The translations under genes and the position numbers were made by a program. From contig OX597822.1 of assembly GCA_951406725.2 (NCBI GenBank), forward strand, positions 109,244,001-109,308,000: 64,000 bases of DNA, in the 5' to 3' direction. Positions 56,661 to 64,000 of this stretch are shown piece after piece. Source of the DNA: Octopus vulgaris (Eukaryota). The notes beneath the pieces were generated by a model. The model had not been told where the DNA came from. It was given only the letters and a program-made list of their open reading frames with translations, and searched no databases. Numbering within the stretch: the first letter of the stretch is position 1; the number at the start of each line of letters is the position of its first letter.

Positions 56661-57385
56661 TGGATACAGGACTTCACAAAACGTAAATAACATGAAATTC
56701 GAAATCATGAAATCCAAAATACGAAAAGCAACATGTTAGTATGTACATATATGTACGCATATATGTCTATATAATTTTGATTCGTCTATCCACTGTACTG
56801 TTTTCTCACTCTCTCCACCTTCGTTTTCTCTCTTTTCCTTTCTCTAATACTTTTTCTCCTCTTTCACATTTTCTATCTGTCCTTCTCTCCCTCATTTATT
56901 CTCTCATTGCTCACACATGGCCTTCGTCCAACTTTTTTCCCACACGTGTTCATCCTTCTTTTCTTCCGGTCTCTGACACTGACCAGATGCATTCTAGTCT
57001 CTCTCCTATCCTATCTTTTCTTTTGACTAAGAATGTTCTTCAGCGTTCGCCACCTTACCCCATCTGCTTTAGCATCCCTTACTATTTGTTTCACTGTCCT
57101 GCTTTTGTCACCAACTTTGATTCTCTGCTAAATCTCAAATTTTATTTTGATTTGCGGGAGCAACAGTTATCTCGATGGCACATATTGTCATGAATAGTTC
57201 GAAATGTGGAGTAGATAAACAGCTGACAACTGATTATGGATCGTTCTTTGTGTTACTTGCCTTGTTTTCCATATGCTGCTCTCGTTGTTCAGAAAAAAGC
57301 TAGTCTTCGTATTTCATGCTGTTTTTCGGATTTCGGATTTCATGTTCTCGTATTTCAAGGCGTTTACGTTTGAGACTTCCTGTAC

Positions 57386-57388
<3 letters not shown>
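56661..57388. mobile_element. Fold-back element with inverted termini in (TA)n (family of 7358-7670)
   Basis: tggatacaggac..aaacgtaaa..aacatgaaat-cgaaa versus the inverted tttcggatttcatgtt..tttacgttt..cctgtaccca. Confidence 0.65.
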
Positions 57389-57446
<58 letters not shown>

Positions 57447-57570
57447 CGTGCATCTATATGTCAGTATGTACATATATTTATGTATATATATATATAAATT
57501 TAACAATTTATAAATATTATATATATATAAGAGAAAAATATATATATTTATATATATATATATATACGTT

Positions 57571-57876
57571 AATGCACACTAGAGGACTCAAGTCAATACT
57601 ACCGAAAATAAACGGATCGTATGATTCTCAAGACATTTAGAAAAAATTTGTTCAGATCACCGTGATTTCGTTAACGTATTATCTACGTCTTTTGTTCATC
57701 AGTGAAACATATATATATATAACAAAACCTACCTATATAGTATATGGAAACGTTAATATATATATTTATGTATGGCCGGCTTTTCGAAATGCATTTCGGA
57801 GAACTATTCATCGAACAATTTTTTAAATATATATCCGTTTATTTTGTAGTATTGACTTTGTCCCTCTAGTGTGCAT
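57571..57876. mobile_element. Element with ~47-bp inverted termini enclosing hammerhead-like motifs
   Basis: atgcacactagagg..aagtcaatactac..aaataaacggat recurs inverted at ~57832-57876; HHR-like motif at 57651-57706 (minus). Confidence 0.7.
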
Positions 57877-59004
57877 ATATATACACATATATATATATAT
57901 ATATATAGATAGATAGATAGATAGATAGATATAGATATAGATATACATACATACAGTTATATACACATATAGGTATGCATGTATATATGTACTTATACAC
58001 ATTATTGTGAGTACACGTAGGTGCATGTGCATGTGGATATGTTTCTGTGTGTGTATGTGTGCGCATGCGTTTGTCTATGAATATGCGCGTTTGGACGGTT
58101 GCATGTTTCTACGTGTGTGTGTATATATACACCTGTGTACGTATGTGTTTCTATCATACACATAAGTACCGAAGCTCAACTACATAAACACGCACACATA
58201 TACAGACACAAACCCACCAATACACATGAAAACACACGCGTTCATATATACACGCACGCACACACATACACAAACACACACACACATACACAAACACACA
58301 CACACATACACACACAAATGCACATTGACAGGTGAGACTCAAAAATGGTAAAATTTCAATGCTGAAGACGAATATAGGAAATATCTGTCTTTCTAGTCGC
58401 TCTGCTCGAGGTAAAACAGCGCATAAATATTACTGACACTTTACAACCCATCTAATGAGACATTTATCAACGGAAAGTTAGTATCCAAATAACATATTTT
58501 CAACGACCTGATGAATCATTACGAGCTAATAAACTAGTCATAAAAATAAGCATCGACAAACGAGGAAGATAACTACTACGAAGAGTTGAAACAAATTTTG
58601 AGGAATCTACGCTAAGCATTCAAAGTCGTGCCATTTTCGAAATAATGAGTTCAGTCATAGAAAAAGAAAAAAAACTTACATTTAAACAAAAAAAATATTA
58701 CTAATTTCTAACATCATTTCGAGTAACCTTCGAATAAACTGGGTGACTATCCTAAGCAGACGAAATTAATAACCTAATTCTCACATACGGAGCGGAGAAT
58801 GCTATGTGGAACATTTTGGGAAAACAATTCAACGGAAAAATTACTTTCAGGCTACGCAAATTCATGAATATTTATACTTATGCTCCAAGAAAACTTAAGG
58901 AAATGAAAAAAAAAAAAATGAGACGCAAACGCTTAATCATGCATATTTTAATACACCAACATATTCAGATTCGGATATAGGTTTGCAACAATGCATGCAC
59001 ATAC

Positions 59005-59135
<131 letters not shown>

Positions 59136-59209
59136 ATTAGAGAGAGAGAGAGAAAGTGAGAGACATATATATATATATATATAAATGTATATATATATAT
59201 ATATATATT

Positions 59210-59322
59210 CTGTTGAAGAGCACACACACACACTTGTTTTACATTCTGGCGCCATACTAATACGATTGTTTGTTTGTATTCCACCTGCCTTCGTCTTTTG
59301 TTTATTTTCATAGCTTCCCGTT
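59210..59322 (+). mobile_element. Truncated copy of the 31186 element with the HHR centre replaced by (CA)n
   Basis: ctgttgaagagc(ac)n-ttgtttta..gcgccatactaatac..cctgcc-tcgtct-ttgtttattttc. Confidence 0.75.
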
Positions 59323-59402
59323 ATATTAATATACACACACACACACACACACACACAAATGTTTTAACACACACACAATGTATGTATATATATATCTATA
59401 TA

Positions 59403-59455
<53 letters not shown>

Positions 59456-59763
59456 ATGTGTGTGTGTGTATGTATGTATGTATATATATATTGTGTTGGT
59501 GCATGTTTATTGCGACTCACTCCAATTTAGAACTTACATCTAAACTGGAGTGAGGCAGCATGTTCTTTGTCCAACTCCTTAACTACTTGGATATTTTAGC
59601 AATAATTAAACTATTGTGTCCATCCGTTCTAATTTTATTGAACTCTACGTCTTTGTGCACCTCTGGATTGCTCTGCATTTTAAATTGATGTAATGATTGC
59701 ATTGTTAAAGTAAATAGATTTGCTTGAAACGATCGTACTGCATTGTCTTTGGATAACCTTTTT

Positions 59764-59835
<72 letters not shown>

Positions 59836-60280
59836 ATACATACAATCGTGCACACATATGTGTGTGTGTGTATTTGTATGTTTATGTGCATACACAAATT
59901 ATCAATAAAATGAATCATCTGCCGCTTCCTAATTAAAATGAATTCTACATCCTATATTGATTATTGTTATTGCCATAATGAAGAAAAACATATATATATA
60001 TTCATAATAGTGTCTGTGTTTGTTTTTGTTTTTCTTTTTGCGTATGTGGCATATTCATGTATTCATGTTTATACTTACAACATATGAAAACGTCCCTGTC
60101 GCTTTGATTTCCATACATGCTTCCTTATATTGTAATTGTTAAGAAAAGAAAGAAGGAAATTCAGTTCAGAAAACTGGAAATAACTATTTTAACAGAAGAT
60201 GAATAAATCATGTAAAGATATGCTGCAAATGACATACATACACGCATTTAAATATGAAGAAATGTGTATACACAACTATG

Positions 60281-60337
<57 letters not shown>

Positions 60338-60398
60338 CATAAATATATATATATCTGTATAAACATGTATAATTATATATACAGGCACACACAAACAT

Positions 60399-60465
<67 letters not shown>

Positions 60466-61031
60466 TACATATATATTTAGAGAAAATAGGTAATAAATTT
60501 GCTATCATATATAAGTGAATGCTTAAACGGTTGAGTCATGCACTGAAATATGAAATTACCTTAGATAAACATATCCACAAATGCACATCAAAACATTACA
60601 TCACGTGAGTCACTTCTATATTATTTCGAGATGATATTTTCCATTGCTTTTCTTATATTGGAATACCTAGTTATATTATATGTAGCTTGCATAAAAATAA
60701 ATAAATAAATAAATAAATAAAATACTTGACTCTATTGGAATTTTATATTGTGCATTTAACGTTATCTTGAAGTGGTTGCATTATTTCATACTTAATGGGC
60801 ATCTTGTTTAGATGGCATATTTACAATATCACAACGCTCAGTTTCTAGAAAGGAGGGAGATAATGATGCGGGCACAAACGCAAATACATGACTTAATGTA
60901 ACATTCTTAAACGACATAGTCATTAATCACAAATATTTCGGGCCACAGAACCTTTTAAAAGTTCATCAGGTATTCGCGAAAAGCATTTAATCATCCAGTA
61001 TGTCTATCTATCTACTTTATATATCTGTCTA

Positions 61032-61090
<59 letters not shown>

Positions 61091-61127
61091 GTACGTATGT
61101 AAAACTATCTGTCTTTCTATCTATTTA

Positions 61128-61198
<71 letters not shown>

Positions 61199-61214
61199 CC
61201 GTGTATCTATCTAT

Positions 61215-61800
61215 CATTCTGCTGGGGTCTCTTTCCATTAACATATTCTCCATATAGCATCAGTTTCAGGATCCTGCTATCCTTCATTTTAATAAGGTGC
61301 CCATTTCAACGTAATTGGTGTTTGTGCACCATCACCTCAATGCTCAACATCCTAGCTTTCATCAAGTTCTGTGTGTCTGGAGTTTTTAAAGTCCAGCCAA
61401 CATTCAGAATGTGTCTCAGATATCTCTGATGCAAGTGCTCGAACACCTTTACATGACGTTTGTAAAGGCTACATGTCTTAAATGTGTAATAGAATGACGT
61501 CAGTACATATGCGCTATACACAGCAATTTGTGCTTGACTTGTGATGCCATGTTGGGACCCGACAGGAGACTCAAAAGACTGGAGGGAATCAGCTGCTCTC
61601 TCCAACCTGAAAGGTATTTCATCATCTAGGTAGCAAGAACAGCTGGGTGTGCTGCCCAGGTAGACAACTTTTCTACCACTTTTAGAATTGTTTCTTCAAC
61701 CAAGATAGCTGGTTCCCTATATGTATTCCTGGTGCAGGCTGTGCCATTACAGCAGTGTTGTCCAGGCTAATGCTTAGTCCAAATGCCTTGCAAGAAAAAG
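61215..61800 (-). pseudogene. Decayed RTE-clade LINE RT fragment
   Basis: [66 protein letters not shown]. Confidence 0.92.
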
Positions 61801-62039
61801 AAATGCACAGATTGATACCTGTCATATATTCCCATATAATCTTTGTAAAAGCATGAATAATAGCAGCAGCAATCTAAAAAGAATTCATAACTTGGAATTT
61901 AGGAATTCACATAAATATAAAGCCTGCGTCCTCAACCAATTTAATCAAACCAAAAACTTTATATCTAGGAAACGTGAAATTATATGATTTGCCCCGCCCT
62001 TCTCTCTTCACGTCAAATCTTTACTTAACTTGTTTTAAG

Positions 62040-62620
62040 ATACTGAAGGAAATGTTCCTAAATTCATATCCTATTTTTAGTGAATCATCTGTGAAATTGT
62101 CCTACACAACTACTCGATCATAGCTTCCATCAATAGATTTAAACTCAGCCCTAAGAAATCTTCCCAGACAAATCTTTATAATGAACTCTATAACACCGAA
62201 ATTCACACTGGCTCTAAAGTACACATTACGCCAGGTCAACTCTTCAATGTCGGGGTCGACTTAATCTCTAATACCCGGAAAAGTAATACTGGTGGTGGTT
62301 GGAACATGTAATTGTTTAATAAGGAAGTCGTGTCCGTTAGCCGGATCCGGTTTACGTAACAACGTATTATATAGGTGTTGTGTTCCTGCTAAACAGAGTG
62401 TAGGAGTTTATATAGGAAGCTCTGTAGACCTTAAACGTAGTTATAAGGCCCATTTGCACTCTTTCACTAACGCAAAATATAAATCTTATAAAATGCTAGA
62501 TTCGTATACAAAGAACTAAAACTAGAAAAATATACAATACACATTATCTTTGTCAGTAATAGTAGAAGCACTTCTGTACAATACAATTACGCGTGTATGT
62601 AAATTGTGTATTAGAGAATC
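62040..62620 (+). pseudogene. Penelope-like linker plus GIY-YIG remnant
   Basis: VKLSYTT..; TCNCLIRKSCPLAGSGLRNNVLYRC..VYIGSSVDLKRSYKAHLHSF. Confidence 0.88.
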
Positions 62621-63149
62621 CATGAATAACGCAGCAGTTGACAACGATTAACATGAAGGAAAAGAGAAAGCGGCAGAAGAGAATGCACATCAGTGATGAT
62701 GACCCCCAGCCCGTTCCCGTCCTAACCACAACCTGTCCTTCCCTGGCAGTCACCATCCCTCAGCATGCCCCATGAAATGCTGACCCTGTCCCTACAAAAA
62801 AAGAAAACGAGCAAACCTCCCAATCAACGTGGGAGAAATAAAATCCTTTGTGGTATATAGAAAAGAGTACAAGAACTTAGTGATAAATATTGACATTTCT
62901 GGGGATTACCCCACTTCGTCTGTAATTGGTGCTCGTCGACAGTGAGCACATTCGAGAACTCAGAGAGTGATTTGGGATGGAAGACTGTGATTTGGAGGAC
63001 GTTGCGGACACAGCTGGACTAAACGATATGGTAAGGCCACATGATTTGTTTAAACGGTTCAGAGGAGAACTGTCTCATCCAAATTGGGCTATAAAATATT
63101 TAAAGATTTCAATGAGGTCTGTATTAGCAAAAACTAGAAAAAACATAAA

Positions 63150-64000
63150 TTCTTTAACCTATCTATCTCTTTTGAAAACACTTACAGGACAGCAAATTTG
63201 CTAGATATTACTTTAGATTTAGACTCTTCACTATACTTTCCATGTCATACACCTAATCAAGACCTTAAATACATCAACACAGAATCTAGCCACCATAATT
63301 CTACATTCGAGAGCATAATCAAAGGCATATCCATAAGAAAATCCGATGTATCCGCCGGTAAAAAAAATCTTCAATATCGACGACAACACCTATAGCCAAT
63401 CTCTAGCTGCTAGTGGTTCCTCCCAGAAAAATAAATTTATACCCGACACTAGACCTAAGGAACACGTCTCAAATCTTAGGTCTGGACAAACGCACACAAA
63501 TATTAGAAATCCAATCCCTCCAACTACGATCAGTCAAAATCGCTCACGTAGCACCCGCATGCACAACAATCGATCTACGAACTCTAATATTAACATTAGA
63601 CCTTCCAATTTTCCTCTTACATTCACTAAGAATTCCAGCTCCCCCAACTTGCCTAATGAAAGTGGGTGGAGATCTTTTTCTCTGGTATACACTTCCGTTC
63701 ACGTTAAACATTAAGAGCCACGCTAAAGCTTTCTTTAGAATAGTAGAATCCAATTTCCCACGTAACCATAACTACATTTCTATCATTAGCAGATCCAATT
63801 TAAAATTATCCTATTCAAATAAACCAAAGACAGAATCTATTATCATTTCATTTAATAAGCGTTGACTTAGCTCCTACGATCTAAATACATGCAACTCTAC
63901 TATAGACCTACACACTGGAAACACTAACACCGATCGCAGTAAAATATCTAACTCACCTGACTCGACCAATTTAAACAACTTAAACATATATAATACAATC
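63150..64000 (+). pseudogene. Penelope-like RT C-terminus/thumb and linker remnant, continuing beyond the window
   Basis: LLDITLDLDSSLYFPCHTPNQDLKYINTESSH..IKGISIR; FN..YSQSLAASG; WYTLPF..FFRIVESNFPRNH..LKLSYS. Frameshifted. Confidence 0.9.

Noticed and set aside
58503-58542. ctgatga...aaactagtc hammerhead-like string
   Set aside because: GAAA is mutated to TAAA and there is no convincing stem I.
60922-60975. Minus-strand ctgatga...gaaatatt motif
   Set aside because: Stems I and II pair poorly; compatible with chance in AT-rich DNA.

Overview
This is AT-rich eukaryotic intergenic or intronic DNA with no supportable intact host gene. The repeat landscape (tRNA-derived SINE families, very dense (TA)n/(CA)n microsatellites) looks like an octopus/cephalopod genome; that assignment is an inference. 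Most ORFs in the supplied track are microsatellite read-throughs. Recognisable content: many SINEs, decayed LINE fragments (RTE, L1/Tx1, R4/Dong-like), mariner and Tigger/pogo remnants and MITEs, and three decayed Penelope-like (PLE) ORF fragments. The most striking signal is a set of non-coding elements carrying hammerhead-ribozyme (HHR) motifs, nearly all sitting in or next to (TA)n tracts. The main one is a 3.75-kb insertion (8937-12689): about 5.4 near-identical head-to-tail ~558-bp units followed by about 1.3 inverted units, with a type-I HHR-like motif in each full unit. A diverged relative at 15064-15697 has the same two-armed geometry and a well-formed GUC hammerhead. The geometry fits a retrozyme-like circular RNA reverse-transcribed from both ends of a break in (TA)n, plausibly by PLE machinery (inference). 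The (TA)n tracts also show fold-back and template-switch duplications of host DNA. All RNA structures were paired by eye.
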